From a bacterium (lineage in GTDB: Bacteria; Patescibacteriota; Microgenomatia; UBA1406; GWC2-37-13): a stretch of DNA of 64,000 bases. The DNA lies in NCBI GenBank assembly GCA_037138475.1, contig JBAXII010000008.1, forward strand, positions 8 to 64,007, given 5' to 3'. Of this stretch, positions 17,756 through 26,337 are shown piece after piece (position 1 is the stretch's first letter; each line of letters starts with the position of its first letter). A model generated the notes under the pieces. That model ran no database searches. It saw nothing but the letters and a program-made list of their open reading frames with translations, and was not told the origin of the DNA. A program made the position numbers and the translations under genes.

Positions 17756-18586
17756 ATGATATAGATTGGTAGCGTTTGTGGTTGTCTGTTCTCCCACTTC
17801 TGCCACGGTGACATGCTTCAGATTGGCTACTGATTGAGCGATAAGGGGAATATATGCGGGAAGATTTGGGTATTTTTTCTCTGATCTCATGGGTTCTGGC
17901 AATATGTATGGTGCATCAGTCTCAAGTACAAGCATCGACAGGGGAACTTTTGAGATAAAATCCATTTTCGCAGTATCATAGGTCACATCTCCATCAACTC
18001 CGATATAAAACGAATACTGGGTCGCGAGGTCAAGTAGTCTCATATCAGGTTCACAACAATGCAAGACGAGTCTGCCACGCAGCGCATCACACTGTGGTTT
18101 GGAAAGTGAGGCAAAGAATTGCAAAATATCTCCGGTGCTCTCGCGATTGTGAATCACCACTGACCTATCATGCGTGATGGCAAGCTCAATCTGTTTTTTG
18201 AGAGCCACGAGCTGTATATCAAAATACTCATCCGATACCAGTATCTCCGGCCCATATTTTGAGGTTCGGTAAGCATGTCTATCAAGGCCGATCTCCCCAA
18301 CCGCTACAACCTTCTCACGAGTAAGCATGGATTCGATAATATCCAGGTCTTGCTGGAGAGCCTCAACGGATCCAATATACTTTTGGACATGATGTGGGTG
18401 GAGTCCAATAGTCGCAAAACAAGGTTCGTTGCGCTGTGCGATATCGATAGCCAATCGAGATGTCTCAATGTCTGTACCAGGAATGATGATTTTGATGACA
18501 CCTTGCTCTTGTGCTCGTTTCGCAATCTTCGCATCTCCACCCGCAAATGCGTGGAAATTCAGATGGCAGTGGGTATCGATAAACAT
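17744..18586 (-). CDS. tatD: TatD-family metal-dependent hydrolase/DNase
   Basis: MFIDTHCHLNF start, GLHPH, EIGLD, LETDAPY. Confidence 0.85.
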   Translation of the reverse strand: MFIDTHCHLNFHAFAGGDAKIAKRAQEQGVIKIIIPGTDIETSRLAIDIAQRNEPCFATIGLHPHHVQKYIGSVEALQQDLDIIESMLTREKVVAVGEIGLDRHAYRTSKYGPEILVSDEYFDIQLVALKKQIELAITHDRSVVIHNRESTGDILQFFASLSKPQCDALRGRLVLHCCEPDMRLLDLATQYSFYIGVDGDVTYDTAKMDFISKVPLSMLVLETDAPYILPEPMRSEKKYPNLPAYIPLIAQSVANLKHVTVAEVGEQTTTNATNLYHLPK

Positions 18587-18716
18587 GGGAGACTAGCGAA
18601 GTGTGTCAATAAAGTTGGTCTGATAGCCAGATCTCGTATAGAAGATAAATCCAATAGCTATGAGTATGAGTACCAAGAGGATGAGTGAGCGTGATCGTTC
18701 TGACATAACTAGATCA

Positions 18717-19475
18717 TTATACTATCAGTTTTTTGGTATAGGCATGTGCACTCATCTCGAGCGTGTCGTCCAGCTTTTTGAGGGACACTTTTTCGTTTGG
18801 ATACTTTGATTTGAGCGCCAGGTCGATCAGATAATCAGCAAAATGGGGATTTTTGGGAAGGAGCGCTCCGTGCATATAGCAGCCAAAAATGTTTTTGTGG
18901 ATGCATCCCTCGACTCCATCGTGCACATTGTCACCGTACCCTTTGACGACTTTGCCCAGCGGAGCAAGTCCCTCTCCGAGCTTTGTTTGGCCTCCATGAT
19001 TTTCAAATCCTACGAGCGTTTGAGGCTCTATGTCTAGCTTTGTTTGTATCACGATATTGCCTATACATCTATGCTTCACCTCGGATCCAGGAGCAATGGT
19101 GGCTATGTTTAGGATTCCCAAACCGGGGATATGGACCCCGTTTGCATCGAGAAATGAATTGCCAAAAAGCTGGTACCCTCCACAGATCAGGAGGAAAACA
19201 GCACGAGCATCTATGCGCTCGTTGATCAGGTTGACGAGCTGTTCTTTAGAATTCGCAATCTGTTCCCACACATGCATTTGATCTCGATCTTGCCCGCCAC
19301 CAAAGAAAAATAGGTCACCTCGAGAAATAAGCTCAAAATCACGCTGATCATCCACAGCAAGCACCTCAAGATCTATACCGCGCCATTCACAGCGCTTACG
19401 CAGAGCAGTGATATTACCCTTATCTCCATAGATGTTCATGAGTTTGGGGAAAAGGTGGACGAGGGTGAGTTTCAT
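18717..19475 (-). CDS. gatD: Lipid II isoglutaminyl synthase, glutaminase subunit GatD (CobQ-type amidotransferase)
   Basis: LMNIYGDKGNITALRKRCEWRGI, LICGGYQL nucleophile elbow, and HGALLPKNP. Translationally coupled to murT. Confidence 0.8.
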   Translation of the reverse strand: MKLTLVHLFPKLMNIYGDKGNITALRKRCEWRGIDLEVLAVDDQRDFELISRGDLFFFGGGQDRDQMHVWEQIANSKEQLVNLINERIDARAVFLLICGGYQLFGNSFLDANGVHIPGLGILNIATIAPGSEVKHRCIGNIVIQTKLDIEPQTLVGFENHGGQTKLGEGLAPLGKVVKGYGDNVHDGVEGCIHKNIFGCYMHGALLPKNPHFADYLIDLALKSKYPNEKVSLKKLDDTLEMSAHAYTKKLIV

Positions 19476-20782
19476 GTGGATGAATAAGAAGTGATAGGAC
19501 TGTACTCAGACAATACATCTCTGACATGATTCATGGCTGTATAGGTGACTAGGAGGGTATATTGCACCGACTCTTTACTTGCAGAGATCACTCGATCTAT
19601 GGCCTTTTCTATATCTGTCTCTATCGTCGTGTCAAAAGAGGTGATCTCTGCATATTTATAGCGGAGTGCCATATCCAGAGCGCGTCTCCCTGTAAACAAG
19701 AGTGATTTTATTGTGGCGGTTTGATCGTAGTACCGCTCAAGATCAATATCCCATATCCAGCTCACATCCCTTCCATCTGCAACTTGGTCGTTGAGACCCA
19801 CAATCAAGCGAGCATCGGGCACACGCTGGACAAGCTGCCATACCTGACCAAATCCTGCAGGATTTTTTACCAGAAATAGGTGAAATGTGACGACGTGTCC
19901 TTGGGTCAAAACCTGAATCTTCTCTCCTCTCCCAAAAGGCGGATTGACGGTCTGTATTGATGCGGCAAGACGAGCAGGCTCAATATCTAATATACGTCCA
20001 ACCGTGTATGCAGCAAGTGCGTTGTAGACATTATAAATGCCGGGAGGTTGGAACTTTATTTGTGTGTGGAGCGTGTTTTTTGACTCAATGCAGTCGTCAA
20101 CCTCGATGAACGAGGTGAGATCCTGATTGATCTGTATGCGTGTCGCCTGCACGTGCTTCTTTGAATCTTGGGACTCGCCCTCATATGCAAATGTCTTGCG
20201 ATGCTCAGTCGCCACTCCATAGGTGATGAGATGGTGAGTGAGGTCTTTTACCAGAGACACAAGCTGTGGATCATCACCATTTACTACTAGTTTTGCATGG
20301 GCGCTCTGTTTACAAGCTTCGTTTATATATCGTGCAGTCGTATGAAGCTCGCCATAGGCATCAAGTTGATCCCTATATAGATTGGTTATCACGATGATGT
20401 CTGCGCGTACTTGTTTGGTGAGCCGGGGCATGGTGCCCTCCTCCACCTCACATAAAAAAACTGCCTTCCGACTCCGCTGTGGACCAGCAAGGAGTAGGGT
20501 AGCTGCGATACCCCGCAACATGTTTGATCCGCTCGCATTACTGACGAAAGGTATCTTTGCATCACGCAAGATGCTAGCCAATGCATGTTGGGTGGTGGTT
20601 TTGCCGTTTGTCCCCGTGATCAGAATGACTTTTTTGTACTGCTTTGCGTAATATTTGATGAGTGAAGGCATGTATCGTTCGACCCAGAGTCCGGGGAGCG
20701 CAGTGCCATTTCTGCCGAATAGCTTCAGCACGACGACAAAGAGTCTGGTGAGGTATGTCAGCAGGTATAATAGGACAAACAT
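19472..20782 (-). CDS. murT: Lipid II isoglutaminyl synthase, Mur-ligase-like subunit MurT
   Basis: ITGTNGKTTT P-loop and a C-terminal DUF1727-like DGRDVSWIWDIDLE. Confidence 0.8.
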   Translation of the reverse strand: MFVLLYLLTYLTRLFVVVLKLFGRNGTALPGLWVERYMPSLIKYYAKQYKKVILITGTNGKTTTQHALASILRDAKIPFVSNASGSNMLRGIAATLLLAGPQRSRKAVFLCEVEEGTMPRLTKQVRADIIVITNLYRDQLDAYGELHTTARYINEACKQSAHAKLVVNGDDPQLVSLVKDLTHHLITYGVATEHRKTFAYEGESQDSKKHVQATRIQINQDLTSFIEVDDCIESKNTLHTQIKFQPPGIYNVYNALAAYTVGRILDIEPARLAASIQTVNPPFGRGEKIQVLTQGHVVTFHLFLVKNPAGFGQVWQLVQRVPDARLIVGLNDQVADGRDVSWIWDIDLERYYDQTATIKSLLFTGRRALDMALRYKYAEITSFDTTIETDIEKAIDRVISASKESVQYTLLVTYTAMNHVRDVLSEYSPITSYSST

Positions 20783-20843
20783 CTACAGATGATTATAACA
20801 AGTAGCTGGATATTTATAGTGGTTCATATTTGATACAAACTCT

Positions 20844-21614
20844 ATGAGAATTGGATTTTTTGACTCTGGTATCGGTGGCACCACTATCCTCCGCCAAGTG
20901 ATGCATGATTTGCCCCAATACAGCTATCTATACTACGCTGATAATGCTCATCTGCCCTATGGGGAAAAGTCACCCGAGGAGCTCTATGTGCTCACGACTA
21001 ATGCACTGAAGGCTATGTTTGCACAGGATTGTAAACTCGTAGTGCTCGCCTGCAATACCGCGACCACCGTGCTCCCCCGGATCCAGCAAGAATGGCTCCC
21101 CCACCACTTTCCTGATCGAAAAGTCCTCGGCATCATCAGGCCCACCGTCGAACACATGATCGTCTCGGGTAAAAAAAAGATCTATCTCCTCGCTACGGTT
21201 GCGACTGTCAATGCCGACTCGTATGGGCACGAACTCAAGAAGCTTGGGAGCAACATCGAGCTCGTGCAGATAGCCTGTCCTGACCTGGCGACCGCCATCG
21301 AAGAAGAAGCTGATCGTGAGAGCTCACCACGAATCAGAAAACTCCTCACGGAATATCTCTCTTTGGTAACCGATACAAATCCCACCCTCTATACCGCCTG
21401 CACTCATTATGAACTCGTGCGCGATATGATCTTCCAAATCAGCGGTATTAAAGCATTTACGCAGGGGTATTTGGGGGCAAAAAGCCTGAATGAATATCTT
21501 AGCAACCACTCCTTCTCAGTAGATTCGGTAAAGGGAATGGATATAGAGGTTATAAACACCAATCGTTCTGGCATGTACTCAAACGATATTATGTCCTTTC
21601 TTGACTCTGTCTGA
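20844..21614 (+). CDS. murI: Glutamate racemase
   Basis: IGFFDSGIGGTTIL, plus LACNTATT and ACTHY catalytic Cys motifs. Confidence 0.9.
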   Translation: MRIGFFDSGIGGTTILRQVMHDLPQYSYLYYADNAHLPYGEKSPEELYVLTTNALKAMFAQDCKLVVLACNTATTVLPRIQQEWLPHHFPDRKVLGIIRPTVEHMIVSGKKKIYLLATVATVNADSYGHELKKLGSNIELVQIACPDLATAIEEEADRESSPRIRKLLTEYLSLVTDTNPTLYTACTHYELVRDMIFQISGIKAFTQGYLGAKSLNEYLSNHSFSVDSVKGMDIEVINTNRSGMYSNDIMSFLDSV

Positions 21615-22374
21615 CAAATCTATGTATGTCCCCAATTCTGACAGCCTTTGCTCTTTCCAGTATTTGTTCGTGGCTTAGGCTGGTAATTTGCTTATAAACC
21701 TGTCGCACACTCTCAAAGTTCACTGTGTCTGTGCTCGTGCCGTAGTTCTCGTGATGCAAGTGGAAAGCTACTTCTGTTACTGCTGCTGTTTGATAGGGTA
21801 GCAGCTTGTATCCAAATGCAGTATCCTCTCCGCCCCATCCCTCAAACTCCTCATCCCATCCTCCAACATTATAAAAAAGATCTCTTCTTATCAACATATA
21901 CCCTCCTGGCACAGAGAAATCCCTAAGTGTGTGTTTACTCAGTTGAGCACTGTTGATATCAACAGAAAGCTGATTGGTTTCATCATTTGTGAGTGCATAC
22001 AATCTATCGTAACAACGCACAGCATCAACTCGATCAAGGAGTTCAAATCCTGCTTCAAGTGAAGCACGTGGCAATATAATGTCATTGTCAATAAAATTGA
22101 GGATGTCACTCTTCGCCATGTTTGCTCCAATGTTGTATCCCCAGGATTTATTAAAATATCCGCTTTTTTGAACAAACAGGTAGCTTAATGTATATGGCAA
22201 ATCTCTATAATTTGAAGGGTCAAGTGTTTGTTTTTCTCCTTGTTCGACAATTACTATTTCTATATCGTCTTCTGGTTGGAGAATTTGCTTAAACCACTTA
22301 AGCACTATGTCAATATTGCGCTCTCGCTCTATTGAAGTGCGTTTGTGGGATATAATAAAAGACGCTTTTTTCAT
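21589..22374 (-). CDS. GT-A fold glycosyltransferase (GT2 / galactosyltransferase-C-like)
   Basis: FIDNDI (DXD-like) and GGWDEEFEGWGGEDTAFGYKL motif. Confidence 0.7.
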   Translation of the reverse strand: MKKASFIISHKRTSIERERNIDIVLKWFKQILQPEDDIEIVIVEQGEKQTLDPSNYRDLPYTLSYLFVQKSGYFNKSWGYNIGANMAKSDILNFIDNDIILPRASLEAGFELLDRVDAVRCYDRLYALTNDETNQLSVDINSAQLSKHTLRDFSVPGGYMLIRRDLFYNVGGWDEEFEGWGGEDTAFGYKLLPYQTAAVTEVAFHLHHENYGTSTDTVNFESVRQVYKQITSLSHEQILERAKAVRIGDIHRFVRQSQERT

Positions 22375-22449
22375 ACGTCACATTATACCAGTCTATGAAT
22401 GAAAGCTGTTTTGTCTGGCAAATAATTATATTATTCAACCTGATAACCT

Positions 22450-23694
22450 ATGCACATCTCCACCCTCAACGCCCTTGAAATCCTTGACTCTCGAGGCAAG
22501 CCAACCGTTCGTGTATTTTTGACGCTCGAAGATGGTCGACAATTCCGATCTTCGGTACCCTCTGGAGCATCCACAGGCGCACATGAGGCTGTTGAGCTGC
22601 GCGATGGAGATATGAAGCGCCACTTTGGCCAAGGAGTCCTCACCGCTGTCAAAAATGTAAATGAGATCATCGCCCCCGCACTCAAGGGCATGTCTGTACT
22701 GGATCAGCGAAAGATCGATGAGAACATGATCGCGCTCGACGGGACCGAAAATAAGGCAAAGCTCGGCGCAAACGCAATCCTCGCCGTCAGTATGGCTGTG
22801 GCAAAGGCTGCAGCAGCTGTCCAGGGTAAAAAGCGCTGGGAATACTTGCATGATGCATTTTTTGCAGATCGTACGGCCAACTTTCCTCGACTGATGGTAA
22901 ATGTAGTCAATGGTGGTAAACATGCCGGATGGAACTTTGACATCCAGGAGTTTATGATCGTGCCAAAGTCGAACATCCCGACTGTATCTACGCGAATAGC
23001 TGCTGAGATCTTTCAACAGCTCGGTAAAAATCTAAAGAAAAAGAAGCTCTCGACGCTCGTAGGTGACGAAGGCGGCTACTCTCCTGCCCTCTCCAGCAAT
23101 GAGGAAGTGTTGGGAGAGATCACACAAGCCGCGCAAGATGCAGGATATGTGAATACCAAAGATTTTGGCTTTGCGCTCGACTCCGCCGCGACTGAGTTTT
23201 TCAAAGAGGGTAAATATGTGATGCAAAAGACAGGTGAGATCTTGACCCCAGATCAGCTCACTGAGTTTTATGCGAAAATAGGGCAGAAATACAATATAGA
23301 GTCTTTTGAGGATCCCTTTGCCGAAGATGATTGGACTGCTTTCAAAAAGTTTACGGAGATGGCAGTGAAGTACCAGTTCCAGGTGGTAGGCGACGATCTC
23401 CTCGTCACGAACCCCAAAAGGATCAAAAAGGGCATCGACGAAAAAGCCGCAAATGCCGTGCTGGTCAAGGTAAATCAGATAGGATCACTCTCGGAGACTG
23501 TGGATGCCATCCGCATGGCACAAGACGCCGGATGGAAAATCGCTATATCGCATCGTTCTGGTGAGACAGAAGACAACTTTATCGCAGATCTTGCGTACGC
23601 GTGTGGTGCTGAGTTTATAAAGACAGGCTCGATGAGTAGGTCTGATAGGCTGAGTAAGTACAATCGGTTGCTCGAGATCGAGGCGGGGTACTAG
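22450..23694 (+). CDS. eno: Enolase
   Basis: ILDSRGKPTV, SGASTGAHEA, VGDDLLVTN, NQIGSLSET, SHRSGETED. Confidence 0.95.
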   Translation: MHISTLNALEILDSRGKPTVRVFLTLEDGRQFRSSVPSGASTGAHEAVELRDGDMKRHFGQGVLTAVKNVNEIIAPALKGMSVLDQRKIDENMIALDGTENKAKLGANAILAVSMAVAKAAAAVQGKKRWEYLHDAFFADRTANFPRLMVNVVNGGKHAGWNFDIQEFMIVPKSNIPTVSTRIAAEIFQQLGKNLKKKKLSTLVGDEGGYSPALSSNEEVLGEITQAAQDAGYVNTKDFGFALDSAATEFFKEGKYVMQKTGEILTPDQLTEFYAKIGQKYNIESFEDPFAEDDWTAFKKFTEMAVKYQFQVVGDDLLVTNPKRIKKGIDEKAANAVLVKVNQIGSLSETVDAIRMAQDAGWKIAISHRSGETEDNFIADLAYACGAEFIKTGSMSRSDRLSKYNRLLEIEAGY

Positions 23695-23734
23695 CTGTAC
23701 TTATTGAACCCTTCCCCGCAGTGTCCATCGATAG

Positions 23735-23759
23735 GTCATTCTCGCGTACGCGAGAATCC
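23735..23759 (+). repeat. REP-like hairpin element, copy A (gtcattctcgcgtacgcgagaatcc)
   Basis: Perfect 20-nt palindrome attctcgcgtacgcgagaat, framed by GTC and CC. Lies 41 nt after the eno stop. Confidence 0.8.
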
Positions 23760-23782
23760 AATCTACAAGAATACATGCCTTT

Positions 23783-23807
23783 GGATCCCCTCGTTCGAGG
23801 GGATGAC
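23783..23807 (-). repeat. REP-like hairpin element, copy B (ggatcccctcgttcgaggggatgac), inverted relative to copy A
   Basis: 9-bp stem atcccctcg/cgaggggat. Same GTCAT/GGATCC frame in the opposite orientation, 23 nt from copy A. Confidence 0.8.
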
Positions 23808-23872
23808 TGACAGGTGAGCCGGGAAGAGTTTAATATGTACTAGTAGCCCTCAATCAATAAGTCAAAATAGCT

Positions 23873-24088
23873 ATGTCATCGTATATCCCCTATTTTTTCC
23901 TCCTAGCTGCACTTCTTCACCTGATTCGACTGTGCAAAAAACACGGGAAAAATATAAATGAGATGCCCAGTCCGATAATGCGGTTGTTTTGGTGGATGAT
24001 CTTTCTGTTTTTTGGAATCGCGTATGGCTATATCGCATATCTGATAGGATCAGGCGTTGGCATGGTGGTGAATTGGTTTGGTGCCTAA
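23873..24088 (+). CDS. Possible small membrane protein
   Basis: 71 aa with two to three hydrophobic segments. No homology recognised. Confidence 0.3.
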   Translation: MSSYIPYFFLLAALLHLIRLCKKHGKNINEMPSPIMRLFWWMIFLFFGIAYGYIAYLIGSGVGMVVNWFGA

Positions 24089-24137
24089 TGAATAACCATT
24101 GAGGGTATACTATTCTTGTTGGAAGTTGAAGAAAACT

Positions 24138-24878
24138 ATGTATAAACTCGTCTTTGTCCGTCATGGCAAAACTTCGTGGGCCGATAAGTTCACGGGGTGG
24201 ACGGATATAGATGTCACTCCCGAAGGGATTGAGCAGACGAAAAAGTTTGCACCTCGACTCAAAGAAGCGGGATTTACCTTTGATCTCGCCTATACATCGT
24301 ATTTGAAACGTGCTATCCGTACACTCTGGACCGTACTTGACGTCACCGATCAGATGTATATCCCCGTCAAAACAACCTGGAGACTCAACGAGCGTCACTA
24401 TGGTGCACTCCAGGGTCTGAATAAGGCAGAAACCGCGGCGAAATATGGCGAGGAACAGGTGCAGATCTGGCGCCGGAGCTATGATACCCCACCCCCCCTA
24501 TTGACTGATGATGATCCTCGAAACCCCAAGCTTGATCCGCGTTATGCAAGTCTCTCGGCTGCAGAGATACCCCTTGGTGAAAGTCTCAAAGATACCGTCG
24601 CACGAGCGGTGCCCTATTGGACTGACGAAATCATGCCCAGCATCAAAGCGGGTAAAAAAGTCATTGTTTCAGCTAGTCACAACAGCATGCGTGCTATCTG
24701 TATGCATGTTGAGGGTATGACACAAGAGCAAGTCATGGGCTTCAATATCGCCTACAGCATCCCCCTCGTCTATGAGTTTGATGATCAGATGCAGTTTGTG
24801 AAAAAGTACTATCTCGCCTCAGATGCAGAGGTTGACACCGTCATTTCAGAGATTAAAAATCAGGGGAAAGCCAAGTAA
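24138..24878 (+). CDS. gpmA: 2,3-bisphosphoglycerate-dependent phosphoglycerate mutase
   Basis: LVFVRHGKTSW..FTGWTD, LNERHYGALQGLNK, SASHNSMRA. The start was trimmed to ATG 24138. Confidence 0.9.
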   Translation: MYKLVFVRHGKTSWADKFTGWTDIDVTPEGIEQTKKFAPRLKEAGFTFDLAYTSYLKRAIRTLWTVLDVTDQMYIPVKTTWRLNERHYGALQGLNKAETAAKYGEEQVQIWRRSYDTPPPLLTDDDPRNPKLDPRYASLSAAEIPLGESLKDTVARAVPYWTDEIMPSIKAGKKVIVSASHNSMRAICMHVEGMTQEQVMGFNIAYSIPLVYEFDDQMQFVKKYYLASDAEVDTVISEIKNQGKAK

Positions 24879-26231
24879 TCATTTGCTATAAATTTTTTTT
24901 AGTACCTCAATCCCCTTCCAAAACGTCCCTTCATCAAAGTTCTCGTTTGGCGCGTGAATGCAGTCATCGGGGAGTGTGAATCCGGTGAGAATCACCGGTT
25001 TACCAAACAAGTTTTGTAATATCCCCGCCACCGGGATCGATCCTCCTGACCTATTGTAGATGGTGGGATGTCCAAAAACGTTTTCGAGCGCTTGTGAGGT
25101 GTGTGTCGCCCACTCACTCTGGATATCGGTGATAAATGCAGGCTCGGCACTCAGCACCTTTAGATCCCATTTGATCCCTGTGGGTATGAGGTGGTCGAGA
25201 AATGATCGGAAGGACTGCTCCACCTTGGCTGGATCTTGACCCGGGACCAGCCGAAAAGAGATCTTAGCAGTGGCCTCACGAGGGATCACTGTCTTTGCTC
25301 CCGGGCCCACATAGCCGACCTCGATACCATGCACATCGCATGAGGGAAGGATTTTGGAGAGAAGCGTGCGTGGGATCCTAGATCCTTCGTCATGCTCAGG
25401 GTGACGGTGGTCACTGGGGGGCAGCGCAAACTGTCCTGATTCGTGACGCACAAGCTCATCTTCTTCTACTATTTTCAAAAGCTGTTCGTACTCGATCTCG
25501 TTGGGATAGATGATGTCATCATAAAACCCAGGGATGAGTACGTGGCCTGTCGCACTGTCTTTGATATCGCCTACGATTTCACAGATGAGATTTGCAGCAT
25601 TATAAACTCGATTTCCATACACTCCAGAGTGGAGATCGCGGGTGCCTGTCGTGATAGAAAGCTCGGTATAGAGCAAGCCCCTGAGCCCCGTATAGATTTG
25701 TGGGGTATCAGCATCATGCATGCCGGTATCTGTGACATACCATACATCGACCGAAGAAAGATCTACCACAGTGACTTGAGCCAAATAGTCAGCGAGATGA
25801 GCACTCCCCACCTCTTCCTCACCCTCAAAGAGAAATACGATATTTGCACGAAGCTTTTTTTCATCGATAAGTGCTCTGATAGCGGTGAGATTTTGGATCA
25901 CGTGACCCTTATTATCAGCGACACCACGGCCAACGAATTTGGCATTTTTGATGGTCAAGGTAAAAGGGTCAGCGTCCCACTCATCCACGGGATCTGCAGG
26001 CTGCACATCGTAGTGACCATAGATACCGATGGTTTCAGTGGCACCCGCGACAGGAATAAGTCCACAGATGAGTTGATGTGTCAGCCCGATGACCTGCACC
26101 TCAGCACCCAAGCCAGCGAGCTGCTTTTTCAAAAAATCTACGGCCTTTGCCATTTCGCTCGACCGAGCAGGATCAGAGGAAACGGATTGGATTTTGACAA
26201 AATCTGCGAGAGTTTGGATCGTGGTATCCAT
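24879..26231 (-). CDS. M20-family metallopeptidase (dipeptidase / ArgE-DapE-like)
   Basis: IYGHYDVQPADPVDEWDADPF, GRGVADNKGH, FEGEEEVGS. Confidence 0.85.
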   Translation of the reverse strand: MDTTIQTLADFVKIQSVSSDPARSSEMAKAVDFLKKQLAGLGAEVQVIGLTHQLICGLIPVAGATETIGIYGHYDVQPADPVDEWDADPFTLTIKNAKFVGRGVADNKGHVIQNLTAIRALIDEKKLRANIVFLFEGEEEVGSAHLADYLAQVTVVDLSSVDVWYVTDTGMHDADTPQIYTGLRGLLYTELSITTGTRDLHSGVYGNRVYNAANLICEIVGDIKDSATGHVLIPGFYDDIIYPNEIEYEQLLKIVEEDELVRHESGQFALPPSDHRHPEHDEGSRIPRTLLSKILPSCDVHGIEVGYVGPGAKTVIPREATAKISFRLVPGQDPAKVEQSFRSFLDHLIPTGIKWDLKVLSAEPAFITDIQSEWATHTSQALENVFGHPTIYNRSGGSIPVAGILQNLFGKPVILTGFTLPDDCIHAPNENFDEGTFWKGIEVLKKIYSK

Positions 26232-26300
26232 GGGTCAGGTCACATCTCAATATAATTATTAACACAACATGCATGAGAAATCTGACACAAAGGGCCGTAT

Positions 26301-26329
26301 ACCAAAATAGGTGGATAGATTATTTTGGT
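26301..26329 (-). terminator. Hairpin downstream of the GH-like gene (accaaaata-N11-tattttggt)
   Basis: 9-bp perfect inverted repeat 9-37 nt past the stop at 26338. There is no clear U-tract. Confidence 0.3.
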
Positions 26330-26337
26330 ACGAGCCC

